Below are positions 28,084-40,760 of a DNA stretch of 64,000 nt, in pieces (the first letter of the stretch is position 1; each line of letters begins with the position of its first letter). The DNA comes from Epiperipatus broadwayi (Eukaryota; Animalia; Onychophora). The position numbers and the translations under genes are program-made. The notes under the pieces are model-generated. The model was given only the letters and a program-made list of their open reading frames with translations, was not told the origin of the DNA and did not search any database. The DNA is taken from positions 62,001-126,000 of the forward strand of contig JAQFVV010000011.1 of assembly GCA_028023455.1 (NCBI GenBank), given 5' to 3'.

Positions 28084-28405
28084 CAGAATATAAATACTAT
28101 TATATCTCAACTGTAATAACTATTATGAGCTTGTAATCAATCTAGTATTAAATTCATTGTTTGTGTATATGTTCTATTTTTGTTTATATACTAATGTGTA
28201 TTATGGTTTTTATTATCTTTTACAGAAGTATCTGTCCTCTTTTAAATATGTTTGTATGTAATTAATAAATTTACAATTATGACATTATTGATTTCTGTGT
28301 CCATGTGTAGGTGGTGGTGGTGGGGACATATTAGTTTTGTACCAGCACTTAATAATCCTCTAATTTGTTCTGGGTATAGTGCAATTATTTCTCTTTCCAC
28401 AACCC

Positions 28406-28510
28406 TTTTTTTTTCTCATGTGTCATAGCATCAGCCGGGAAGGAACCGCTAACCTGGGACAACTGCTTGTAAAGCAGCTGTCGTTGACCTCTCGACTACC
28501 AATGCTTGAC
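28406..28510 (-). mobile_element. tRNA-Gly-derived SINE, intermediate subfamily
   Basis: gcattggtagtcgagaggtcaacgacagctgctttacaagcagttgtcccaggttagcggttccttcccggctgatgctatgacacatgag-polyA. Confidence 0.85.
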
Positions 28511-30189
28511 AAAATACTTTATTTTTTAGATCTTAATTAAAGCAGTAAGCATTCCTGGAGCTGTATTTAATGAGTAGGTAAAAAAGAAAAGGGTCATATT
28601 GCCCCAAATAAATATTTATTGTAGAAATAAAACAAATCTTGTAGCGTAAAGGGTTTTAATAGCAATACACATAACCTGGGTTTGAATACAGGTAAAACTT
28701 GCATGCTTTTCAGTTTTCATATGAGCTTAGGATTTTTTTTTCAGATAGTTGGTACATGGAGAACCTGCAATGAATTATTTATCTACTACTCTTTTGAATA
28801 TTAAATTATGCTTTTAATAATAATGATACGTAGCATTAAAATAGGCTTTTACAGTATTTGCAATTTTAAATGAAGTATTTAAAATAAATTCTAATCATTG
28901 GTTATAAAAATAAATAAATGTAAAACAGTCTTACTTATTTTAAACAAATTTTTATTAGGCTAAAAAAGATTACATTTTATAAAAAGGCAATAATAATGAA
29001 AGAAAACTGTTATACAATTGATTGTTAAAAGAGATTGGTATTAGTCCATACTGTTGAATAGAGATGATTGTTGTGATAGTAAAACGAGTCTTTCTTACAA
29101 ACTTATAAAATAGGGCAGACAAAAAACAAACTATACTATTGATTTCAGTAAAAGTAAATTAACTGTAGTCAATGCCTTTAATATATCGTCTATGTTAACA
29201 AAAAATTAAAAGGAAGGCGGTAATAAAAAACATAATGTATAAACACTTTACGAGTACCAAAGTAAAAGCCTCTTAGTGATTTTACACAACTTTAATTTAA
29301 AAAGAAAAAAAACAATTATAACATCCTATTAAATTTGAAAATAAATACTTGAGTCAGTATTTATTTATACAAATTTACATTAGGAATTATTTGGAAGATA
29401 AATGACAATTGAAAAAAAAAAAGAGGAAGAAAAATGAAATGGATTATAATAATATCTGATTATCATATGACCTATTTATATAATCGTGAGAGAGAGAGAG
29501 AGAGAGAGAGGGGGGGAGTTAGAAGGAGAGGGAGAGGGGGGAGAATTTATAATAATAAAGTATAAGCTATATTGCAACTTAAAAAATAAAATTAAAAATA
29601 ACAGGCCATTCATATTTACATCTTTATATACAAGATTAATTTTAATTCATTATCTATATATATATTTACAATCTTTCAACTGCCAAACTATCATTGCAGG
29701 GACATATGTTTTTGCCACAATCAACATCCAGCAACTTGGAAACTAGTTGAAACCCCATCAAACACAGCAACACAATTTCTATTTAAATCAAATCAACAAT
29801 ATTCAATTTGATAATAAACTTTAAATGTTATTTTCAATTATTACAAATTTAATTATTTTTAATCGGTTATTTATTTATTTTATGTCTAGTGACAATAAAA
29901 TCTCATGGCTAATAATCTCATTCTTGTGGTAGTAATTAAGACAAGTTTCCTATCATGCAAAATAATAGTTTGAAATATATCATAGACACATGAAGTAAAT
30001 TATGATAAAATTCTCTCTTAAATCATACGATTTTTTTTTAAAAAAAGAAGTAAAACAGTTTTACATTAAATTCACATAAAAGTTAATACCATTTGATTTT
30101 TTTTCATTCATGTTTTTTATATGTTAAATAATAAAAGTTCAAATATTAATTGGAAAAAATAAACTATTACAAGTTAACTGGTTTGTCTT

Positions 30190-30580
30190 TAAACACGTTT
30201 TGAAAAAACGTAGACTTCCTATTGAAATCGAGCCTACGTGCCATCCCAACAAATGCCTTACTCCACTATAAAATGGGGCAGGATATTGACCCTAACTGCA
30301 CACTGGTCAAAGACAAGAAGAGACTACCGATCACTTCCTCTTCGAATACACAACTTTGAACAATTTAAGAATTCATTTTCAGCAAAACATGACAAGAAAT
30401 CACATCCAAATGAATATCAAGATAGCAATTGAAAAGGGCAAATTCTCTGAGATCCGGCTTTCAGCCATAATTAACTTTTCCATTTGGGCATTGCACTGTA
30501 AGCTGGTGTTTGAGGCTGAAATTTTGAATAATATATTCACAGCATTTCTGCAAATACTAAACAAGGAAAGGGCTGTATAG
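30190..30580 (+). mobile_element. L1/Tx1-type LINE ORF2 C-terminal (zinc-knuckle region) fragment
   Basis: DFLLKSSLRAIPTNALLHYKMGQDIDPNC / QEETTDHFLFEY...FSIWALHCKLVFE. Confidence 0.65.
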
Positions 30581-31901
30581 ATCTCATTTTAATCGTCCCT
30601 GCTGCATTTACCACAAATAGATGTTGGAACTGGGAACAAAAAGAATGAACTTTAGACAAATTATGCTTCTATGGTTTGTTCTCGAAACAACAAACAAGTC
30701 ACAAATGTTTCCTGTGCAAACATCATCTCAAATATATCTCTTTTTTTCTGTTTTTGCATGCTATCTCATAATCATTTACTTGTTTTTAGGTCTGTATTTC
30801 TTTGATCTTAATATGCAATAAATTTGTTTTTGAAAGTAAAGCTAATTTGCATGTTTACCAAATTCCTGCATTAATGCTGTGGAATGTAATATTGATAGAA
30901 AACATGTTGTTTAATAAACAAACACGAAAGGTTATTTGATACTTGAAAAGCACATCTAGCTATACAAATAGCTTCATGTATTTTAAAGTAGGTTAACTGA
31001 AAACAATAAAAACAGAGCAGAAAACAATGAATAATGAGCACATGCTTATCCTAAGAAAGCATTGCAAATCAATATAAATACTTTCAGTATGTTTTAAAGT
31101 TCTGAAATGGAATTGACTAGAAAAGTGTTAAATTATTATTTTGTTATGAAGCTTGTGATCGCTAACTTTTCATCAAGGTGTTTAATTTCAGATATTAGTT
31201 ATAAGTTCCATGAAAATATATAGAGAATGCTTAATTTCAGCTTTAACAAAGCTGATTGGAAGTGCCAATCATGAATTTAGAAAAGTTTCAAATTACTTTC
31301 TAATTTAAAATATAAATTTCAAAAACTATCACAATTCTGCATAAATTTACTTATACTATATCTTAAAGATGACTAAAAACTATTGGAAACGTTAACAGAT
31401 TATCATCTAAATTTGAACTACAAAATATCAAAATATAATTAATTCATATAGGATTTAATCAATCAGTAATAATTAATAATACACTTCTATCAAGAATCCT
31501 GTATGAGAAAGAACTCCTACAAAAGATTGAATATGAAATTCAAGTATTGGTAACTGTATAAACAAATTAATTCTTTAAGTAATATAATAACCCAAGCTTA
31601 TCAATACCAGAAATCTTCAATCTGGGAATTTCTATGAATTAAAGATGGATCCCATCTTTTACTCTATTTTAAGATATTAATATGGGTAGGGAAATTGGCA
31701 TTTTGTCTATAACAGATTGAGATTTTTAAATTCAAAGAAGTTTAAATAAATCATATTAAGTAAGTCAATATAACTTATTTTGAAAGCATACTAATAAATA
31801 GATATTTTAAATATCTTCACCTATGAAATGTATTATTATATAATTTTTGCATAAAGTTAGATGCTTAATATATGCAAATCACATGACAAGAACCCTAGCT
31901 T

Positions 31902-32109
31902 ATCAACACCAGGAAGCTTGTCAGGCAAGTTCTATAAATGGTTATATTTATCTACTTAATAGGATTTATTTAAACTTTTCTCGATCTTCTACAGTCAAAG
32001 TGTCAACTCTTCTGTCTATATTAATTTCTTAGACCTGTGTAAAAGGGTCAATTCACCTTTCTTTTACAAAAGTTGCCTTGACAATAGACTGACAATTCCT
32101 GGTGTTGAT
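31902..32109. repeat. ~210-bp MITE-like element with ~22-bp inverted ends
   Basis: atcaacaccaggaagcttgtcag / ctgacaattcctggtgttgat; no TSD identified. Confidence 0.5.
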
Positions 32110-32346
32110 TAGAATTATTATTATGTTATTTACATTTGTTTAATCATCTAGCTTTATGCAAAAATCAAGTTTATTATCTAAATAAAAATTCTTATATGTA
32201 TGCAAAATCTGAATAAGCAAAAGAGCTTATACTGAATATAAAAATCTATTTTAAATTAAGTTGTTATTCTTTCACATATGCAGTTATTTCATTTATTTAT
32301 GTTTTAATACTAAATCTAATATTATCCAAATTAATAAATGGAGGAA

Positions 32347-32660
32347 AGTTTCATTTTGACTAATTTTCCATCTATATAAGTCTAATTTTGATTCATCTTC
32401 CATATATATAAATCTCATTTTGACTAATCTTTTATGAGTATAAGTCTAGATTTAGACTAATCTTTTATGAGTATAAGTCTAATTTTGACTACTCTTCTAT
32501 GTATATAAGTCTCACTTTGATTAATCTTCCATGTATATGTCTCATTTTGACAAATTTTTCCATGTAGTCTCATTTTGACTAATCTTCCATGTATATGTCT
32601 CATTTTGACTCATCTTCTATGTATACAAGTCTCATTTTGACTAATCTTCCATGTATATAA
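32347..32660. repeat. ~32-bp minisatellite, 10 copies
   Basis: Consensus AGTCTCATTTTGACTAATCTTCCATGTATATA. Confidence 0.9.
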
Positions 32661-33066
32661 CTGTTTTTTAATCATGAAATATTAATAATATCCATTAATA
32701 TTATTATTAAAAGTCAGTCTTGATTCTTTATTCTCTTAATGACTTTTTATTTTATTCAACCTACTGTGATCTTATCATGCTTTCACTACTGCAGTTCAAA
32801 CCTATAAATGTAATGTGTATTATGTGTATGCTTAATTATTATTTTCCTTATTCAAAACTGGCAAATTTATACAGGGATGCACCAGTAGTATCCAGTGTCT
32901 ACGTGCAAAACTTAATCCCCCTCCCCCCAGTATTCCTTTCAATAAAAAATCAGTTTATGAAAATGTATCAGTAAGTAAAAATAAAATACAAAATATATTA
33001 ATTTTAAGTTTATTGACAAAAAAACTGATACACTCAAGCACATATATGCTGAAAAGATAAATAATC

Positions 33067-33110
33067 ACCAATATATGTATTTCATGCTGAACCAGCAATC
33101 ATCAGTTGGT
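33067..33110 (-). ncRNA. Minimal type-I hammerhead, unit 1
   Basis: ACCAA|CTGATGA|TTGCT-GGTTC-AGCAT|GAAA|TACATAT|A|TTGGT. Confidence 0.75.
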
Positions 33111-33537
33111 CCAGATTATCATCTCCCACATATATATACTATAAGTGCTCAGATATATATTAAAATAGACAATCCTCATACTTTAATGGACAGGTTCCAA
33201 TCTACTACACACTCCAACTCTTCAACCGTCCATCCAATTGAAAATCTGATGATGGAATGCTCAAAGGCCACCCTGAGGCCGAGATTCTTGTCACACCCAT
33301 GTTGACCTAAGATCAATCTGAACCCCACATGTACAGGACATAATCCATTAAATACATATGCAGGATGGGCAGACATCTCTACAATGTAATAACTGAAACA
33401 CAGGCTTATTATATATCTGTGTCTATATATGTAATACAGGGTATATGAGCACAGACTTTCAGATGATCCATCACTCTCCACTCTATCTAATAACAGTGAT
33501 ACACTCAAGCACATATATGCTGAAAAGATAAATAATC

Positions 33538-33581
33538 ACCAATATACGTATTTCATGCTAAACCAGCAATCATCAGTTGGT
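33538..33581 (-). ncRNA. Minimal type-I hammerhead, unit 2 (perfect palindromic stem III ATACGTAT)
   Basis: ACCAA|CTGATGA|TTGCT-GGTTT-AGCAT|GAAA|TACGTAT|A|TTGGT; predicted cleavage after AUA, between 33543 and 33542. Confidence 0.8.
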
Positions 33582-34349
33582 CCAGATTATCATCTCCCAC
33601 ACATATATACTATAAGTGCTCAGATATATATTAAGATAGACAATCCTCATACTTTAATGGACAGGCTCCAATCTACTACACACTCCAACTCTTCAACCAT
33701 CCATCCAATTGAAAATCTGATGATGGAATGCTCGAAGGCCACCCTGAGGCCGAGATTCTTGTCACACCCATGTTGACCTAAGGTCAATCTGAACCCCACA
33801 TGTACAGCACATAATCCATTAAATACATATGCAAGGATGGGCAGACATCTCTACAATGTAATAACTGAAACACAGGCTTATTATATACCTGTGTCTATAT
33901 ATGTAATACAGGGTATATGAGCACAGACTTTCAGATGATCCATCACTCTCCACTATATCTAATAACACTGATACACTCAAGCACATATATGCTGAAAAGA
34001 TAAATAATCACCAATATACGTATTTCATATACCCTGTATTACATATATAATAAGCCTGTGTTTCAGTTATTACATTGTAAAGATGTCTGCCCATCCTTGC
34101 ATATGTATTTAATGGATTATGTCCTGTACATGTGGGGTTCAGATTGACCTTAGGTCAACATGGGTGTGACAAGAATCTCGGCCTCAGGGTAGCCTTCGAG
34201 CATTCCATCATCAGATTTTCAATTGGATGGACGGTTGAAGAGTTGGAGTGTGTAGTAGATTGGAACCTGTCCATTAAAGTATGAGGATTGTCTATCTTAA
34301 TATATATCTGAGCACTTATAATATATATGTGTGGGAGATGATAATCTGG

Positions 34350-34393
34350 ACCAACTGATGATTGCTGGTTTAGCATGAAATATGTATATTGGT
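34350..34393 (+). ncRNA. Minimal type-I hammerhead, inverted unit
   Basis: ACCAA|CTGATGA|TTGCT-GGTTT-AGCAT|GAAA|TATGTAT|A|TTGGT. Confidence 0.75.
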
Positions 34394-35456
34394 GATTATT
34401 TATCTTTTCAGCATATATGTGCTTGAGTGTATCAGTGTTATTAGATAGAGTGGAGAGTGATGGATCATCTGAAAGTCTGTGCTCATATACCCTGTATTAC
34501 ATATATAGACACGGGTATATAATAAGCCTGTGTTTCAGTTATGACAAAAAAAGCAGAAATTACAAAAGGAATGTATAAAAAACAATAAACATGCAAGAAG
34601 GATGCAAAACCAATAAAAATAATTTGGGAAAAAATAAAATAATTTATGTTAAGTGGCAAAAAAATCATTTGCAAATTGCATCTTATATAATTTTACATAA
34701 ATTAACAGATATAATTTTCATATTCATTGAGAATCATTGGGAGTTTCCATGAGAAAAATTCTGATTGACCTGAAGCTTTAGATATTGTAAAAGATAATAA
34801 GTTTTTTTTCTTTAGAATGGAGATTTCCTCTTAACACTTTTATGGATTTTTTAATTTAAAAAAAAAAAATATGAAGAGGTCAGTAGCCTATGGACAGTGG
34901 CTAATATCTAAGGCTTTACTCTTTTGTTTTCTAAGGTAAGATTTTATTATAAAAGTATAGTTTTCTTCTTGATGATACTTCATGTGAAACTCCTCACCAC
35001 ATGTCAAAATTGACATGTAGAATTTTTTCAATATTTTAATAATTATTAAGTAAATATCAGCTTTTAAAACAATTTGATAAATTTACCATAAATCAACTTT
35101 CATTCATTCACATTAAAAAAAAAAAAACTTAAATAGGATTCATTCATTTTTTGAGAAAATTTAAACAAATGTCGTTTATCTTCTGTTGTTCTGATTTACA
35201 AATATTTTTTTTAATCTTTAAAAAGGTCAACTGTGATTTTTAAGAATATTATATTATATGAAGATTTGGTTGTACTCTCATACTTGGTGTTCGCCTAGAG
35301 ATGGCATTGATGCTAATCAAAAACATATACATATAACGATTCTGGGGCCTGACCTAAATGATCGATTTGATTTAAAAAGATCTGATTTCTTAGATTTATA
35401 ATAAAATATTCTACTAACTAATACTATTATATGATGTTAGTTATTTCATTTTTTTC

Positions 35457-35965
35457 GTAAATGTTTATTAATCTTATCTTGTTTTTGAGTTTGTGTGTGT
35501 GTGTCTTTTTAAAGTTACAGTGTTTTTCTTTTTTTTTTTTTTGGACTTTATGTGTGTCTTTTTAAAGTTACAGTTTTTTTTTGCAAGAGTAAATCAATAC
35601 TTTTATTCAAAAGCAAGACATAATAAGTAAATGTTTATTAATCTTATCTTGTTTTTGAATTTGTGTTTGTGTCTTTAAAGTTACGGGGCTTTTTCTAATA
35701 TTTTTTTGGGGGACTTTATGTGTGTCTTTTTAAAATTACGGTACTTTTTTTGCAAGAATAAATCAATCATTTGATTCAAAAGCAAGATGTAATAAGTCAA
35801 TGTTTATTAATCTTAGATTGTTTTTGAGTTTGTGTGTGTGTCTTTAAAGTTACGGGGCTTTTTCTCTTTTTTTTTTTTGGACTTTATGTGTGTCTTTTTT
35901 TAAAGTTACGGTATTTTTGGTCAAGAATAAAAATCAATTATTTTTATTAAAAAAGCAAGATGTAA
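35457..35965. repeat. Three tandem copies of a ~170-bp T-rich unit
   Basis: gt(a/c)aatgtttattaatctta at 35457, 35627, 35796. Confidence 0.9.
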
Positions 35966-36009
35966 TTCTAAATCTATCAAAAGTAACGTCATTTATATAC
36001 TACAATTTA

Positions 36010-36730
36010 GAATTGATACCCGACTACTATTAGTAGGGACTGTCATTGAAAGATTCAATTGAAAAATGATACCCGACTAATTTCCGTTTTCTTTTTTTTT
36101 GGGGGGGGGGGGACAGTAATGAATCAGAAAGTGGGTTGTTTTTGTTAACTCTGTCTATATAAAAAGGGTACCATTATTGAAATACTAAATTTTAAAATGA
36201 TAGCCGACTAATTAGCATTTCTTTTGACAGTAATTAATCAGAAAGTGGGTTTCGTTTTTTGGAGGGGGGGGTAAATCTTGCGTATATATATATATATAAA
36301 ATACGTAATTCAAATACTCAATTGAAAAAAACCCAACCCTGTTGAATTTGCTTTTTTTTTTTTTTTAAGACAGTAATTAATCAGGAAGTGGGTTGTTTTT
36401 GTTAGTGTGTAGATATAATAACTAATCTTATTTTGAAATAATAAATGTAACAAAAAAAATAATAATAATAATACCCGACTAATTTTCTTTTTTGGACAAG
36501 TAATTCCTAATAAGACACTGGGTTGTTTTTGTTTGTGCATATATATATAGTATAGCAAAAGTAACTGGTCATGGACGAATTCTTGCAAAAACGGTACTTA
36601 CCCGACTAATTTTCTTTTTTGGACAAGTAATTCCTAATAATTAAACACTGGGTTGTTTTTGTTTGTGTGTATATATATAGTATAGCAAAAGTAACTGGTC
36701 ATGGAAGAATTCTCGCGAAAACGGTACTTT
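36010..36730. repeat. Degenerate ~115-140-bp tandem repeat (5-6 units) with conserved ACCCGACTA and GACAGTAATTAATCAG.AAGTGGGTT blocks
   Basis: Blocks recur near 36018, 36070, 36200, 36472, 36599; the last two units are nearly identical. Confidence 0.75.
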
Positions 36731-38573
36731 TCGCATGATCCTTAATTTTTTTCCATTTTGCACCCTTAACAGCAATTTTTGAGGGTTACCCATTCATAAT
36801 GGAATCTTCAGGACATTATTACTAAACTTACAACAGTAAAGTAAGTTACAACACATTAAAAAAAATAGACGTCTTATCAAATTTTAAAAAACTACGATTG
36901 CTTCAAATACACACACTCTCACACGAAACTACAGAGAAAATAGATATTCTACTATTACGAGAAAATGATGAACAAAATCGACTACTATGGCAGCCGATCA
37001 AGGCATTACTTTCTCTTTGCTTTTAGCATAGAAAAAAAAACCATAACCGGCAGCCGTCGGGAACTCTTTCTGTCTTTTATCATAGAAAGAAGTCTCATTT
37101 GTGTTGGCTTCTGTCACCGCCACCGCCTCAGTCAAACATAATGTGAGGACTTTTCTGCATTTATAACGTAGAAAATTTCCTTTTTTGTTGGGTGAAGGCC
37201 GGTGAAACGGTATATTTCTAGAAATTTACCTAGAAATAGCAACATCTTGAGGCAAACACCAAGGATCAGAAAACAATCGAAGATTTTATACAAAAGTGAA
37301 AGTTGAGCATTTTCAAAAAATCTCACTAGATAGAACAAAAGAAAATATTAAATATTTTTGGTACAAAATTAAATTAACTATACTTTATTTGACAAGAAAA
37401 CCATTTACATATGTTTAGAGCAAATGCAAGTTGATTCAACATGTGTCAACCTGTAAACAGTAAACTCACAAGTTTTTACTATGCTAAACTACTCGTTAGA
37501 ATTAGTATCAAAATAATATAAGATCTTATGAAATAATAACAGATAAATGATTATAAATAATTTGTTTAAGACAAATCTATAAAATATAAGTATCATTCAA
37601 ACAAAAATACAATTTATTTTGATATAATTAATAAATAATATATTTTAAAGTATTTCCTTCTCACCTGGAATGGAATTTTGGTAATATTTTGGTGACTGTG
37701 TTCTTCACACACATTGCACACTATATCAGCACCCCTTGAATTTATATAATTAAAATGTATTCTCCATAGGGAATATTACTTCTAGTAAATAAAAGCTACT
37801 TTACTTGATTATGAAGATAAGTAAGTCTTAACTTGTGTACTTTTAAAAAATAATTGTCAAGAAATAAATATATTCCTTCTATAACTTTTAGATGTTTTAA
37901 TTGATAAAATGTGAACTTGATAAATTATTTTACTTTTATATCATTTAGCAACCCTAGTTTTAGATATGATTTGGCCATTATTTTCATATGTGTACAGTTG
38001 TAAAAATTATTCACTATAAAAAAGTTCTTAATTTAAAGCTTAGGATATGCACACACATACATGATCTTTTACAATGATTTATTTATAATTTATTAATTTG
38101 TGTAATGATAAAGGAGAATACACTCCTCATTTACATTTTCTATTTAGATTTGTTAAATTTACTAAATAAGTTCTATTATGTTGCATGACAAAATTTAATC
38201 TATTTAAAATAAAATTAAAAAAGAATAGCATATAACATTAAGATGATGAAATTATCAGGGTTTTCTAATGGGATTTACTTCTTAACAACAATACCACACA
38301 CTGCTAGGATTTAATCAAATATAATCTATTCCAAAACTCAGTTATATAGGAATAATTAATTTGGTTAAAGTTTTATAATTATATTTAAAAGAATGAAATA
38401 AAATAATAATTTTAACACATCGTTTACTCTCTCATCTTTTATTATACAGTGGCACCATGAATTACATTATATTTTGTTCCAAGCCATGGCGTATAAAAGC
38501 TCATATTTTGTTGATAAAATTTATTAGACTATAATACATATTGTTTATTGAACTGCAAGTGTACAGTACTTTT

Positions 38574-38606
<33 letters not shown>

Positions 38607-38807
38607 CATTAGAAACCAGTGAATACTTAGACATTCCCAATATTAATAATTTCAAACTGTTGTCAAGGCAACCTCCTTTTAACAATAAAGGTGGAATCCC
38701 ATCTTCATTGTTAAAAGACACTTTTTGATATATATATAGCATGCATATACAAATTAAAATCATATATTTAGCCTAATCATTCAGTATACTGTGTATTTCA
38801 TATATAT

Positions 38808-39069
38808 AAATAGAGGGATATGAATTTAGGTTTTTCAGTCTATATTCACCCTCCACTTCATCTCAAATAACTGATATACATGACCACATACATGTGGAAA
38901 AGATAACTGATCCCCAATATACATATTTCATGCAGAATCAGCAGGCATTAGTTGGGCCAGATGAGTGCTGGTTTTGCATGAAATACATATATTGGGACTC
39001 ATCTATCTTTTTCACATGTATGTGTCATGTGTATAGGTTATTGAGCTAAATTCAAATTCCTCTATTTAA
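38808..39069. repeat. Palindromic deletion derivative of the 471-bp hammerhead repeat family
   Basis: Two opposed fragments fused at gat (38960-38962) inside the hammerhead core; right arm GATGA|GTGCT-GGTTT-TGCAT|GAAA|TACATAT|A|TTGG. Confidence 0.75.
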
Positions 39070-39235
39070 AATTAGAATACAAACAAAAATTTTTAAAAAT
39101 AATAATAATATAATTAATGAAAAATTGATCAAATACGTTTATAAATATTTGATTAAGTGTGTGATCATTCATTCATTCATTGAAGTAATAAAAAAAAAAA
39201 CTACCACACTTTTATGTTTAAAATAAAGTAAGTAG

Positions 39236-39336
39236 TCAAGCATTGGTGGTCGAGAGGTCAGCGACAGCTGCTTTACCAGAAGTTGTCCCGGGATAGCGGT
39301 TCGCTTCCCGGCTGATGCTATGACACATGAGAAAAA
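39236..39336 (+). mobile_element. tRNA-Gly-derived SINE, intermediate subfamily
   Basis: gcattggtggtcgagaggtc...ggttcgcttcccggctgatgc; TSD aaagtaagtag. Confidence 0.85.
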
Positions 39337-40314
39337 TAAAAAGTAAGTAGCTAAAAAAATTATGCTCTGGACAGTATTCTTTTTTTTTTCTCAATAATTT
39401 CTTTCTCTTATATTAACATAATAGTGATCTTGTTATCAAAAAATTAGGATTTTTCTAATTGTTTTGTTGTTTTTTTAAGTAAGTATCAACCAACTTTTAA
39501 TAGATTTTAAAAAAATTTAAAACATTTAGCATTATGCTCAGAAAATATTTTATTACACTAAATACTGCACAGCAAATTTGAAAAAAGGAAGGACAAAATG
39601 GATTTGCTTTCAACATCACCAAAAAAAATTATTAATATATATATAATCATGCATGAAGCATTGGTGTATTTAAAATTTATGTATAAATTTTACTCTTTTT
39701 TTAAACATAATCCCATATGGTGTTCTGAGAAGAAAAATGGCTGCTTCAATGTGAAAAAAATTGTAAATTTTATTTTTTGAAGGGTAATTAGTCATGGAAT
39801 TAGATATGGCATAGTTTATGGTTTCACTGTACATCTAATTTTAGAACTAAGGTATTCCCATTTCAATAAATAAATTAACAATGATAAAAATATATGACTA
39901 ATGATATATTAAGAATTATACAATATTAGAGATATCTATGACTAAAACTTAACTTTATCTTTCGTTTAATATTAATTTATCACAAAGTATTTAAACTTTA
40001 CTTTTTTGACTTTATTTATTTATCTTATATTAAGCACTGAATATTATTTTAATTAATTGATTTTATCCGTCTTATGCTTTAATATTGGGTATTCATTCAT
40101 TCAGTTTATTTCATATTGACATCTGTATTAACTTATGTATCATCTTTATCCTGGAACATCTTGAAACTGTATAACATTCCCCATTTTAATTTTCTGAATA
40201 TTTTATTAACTTTTATACTAACATTTATGCGGTAGAGACTTTTTATGCATTTCATTAAAGATATAATTTTAACAGTAATAATAAAATATAAAAATACATT
40301 CTATCTAATATACC

Positions 40315-40760
40315 ATAAATATAGGAGATTTGAACTCAGACTTTCAAGCAACCTTCAACTATTCATACTATCTCATACTACTAATACACATGACCACGCA
40401 CATGTAGAAAAGATAAGTAATCACCAATATATGAATTCATGCTGAACCACCATCATCAGTTGGTCCAGATTATCATCCTCCACACATATATAAAATCAGT
40501 GCTCAGTTTATATTAAGATAGTAAATCTTTATACTTTAATGGACAAGCTTCAATATACTCCAACTTCCAATTCTTTAGCCATCCATACCATTGAAAATCT
40601 GATGATAGAAAGCCCAAATTCCATGCCGATGCCAATATTGTTGCTATGCCTATGTTGACCTCATCACTCTGACCCCTCATGTATAAGACAATATCCATTT
40701 AAATACATAGAAGAGGGATGGGCAGAAAGCAAACTTAATGTGTAAGATTTGAAACACAGG
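40315..40760 (-). mobile_element. Diverged near-full-length monomer of the 471-bp hammerhead repeat family
   Basis: Colinear with the unit throughout; decayed hammerhead 40423-40464 (GAAT for GAAA, stem II deletion). Confidence 0.8.

Larger units (their letters stand above)
33025..34542. mobile_element. Hammerhead-bearing 471-bp tandem repeat (about 2.1 direct units plus 1.1 inverted units); retrozyme-like / PLE-dependent non-autonomous element
   Basis: tgatacactcaagcac recurs at 33026, 33497, 33969 (periods 471, 472); inversion junction at ~34025-34028; one hammerhead per unit. Confidence 0.85.

Noticed and set aside
32347-32660. CRISPR-like appearance of the 32-bp repeats
   Set aside because: Units are contiguous with no unique spacers, in a eukaryotic context with no cas genes
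33246-33290. Second CTGATGA on the opposite strand of the 471-bp unit
   Set aside because: No paired stem II or GAAA-stem III-NUH follows
33176-33514. 112-aa ORF filling most of the predicted 471-nt monomer
   Set aside because: A +1 insertion in unit 2 and in the inverted unit destroys the frame; no recognisable motif
33075-34376. Repeated 73-76 aa ORF MLNQQSSVGPDYHLP...
   Set aside because: It is the antisense of the hammerhead region; recurrence only reflects near-identical repeat units, and it is broken in the older copies
34871-34935. ATG-initiated segment MKRSVAYGQWLISKALLFCFL ending at a gtaag donor
   Set aside because: Isolated and too short to support
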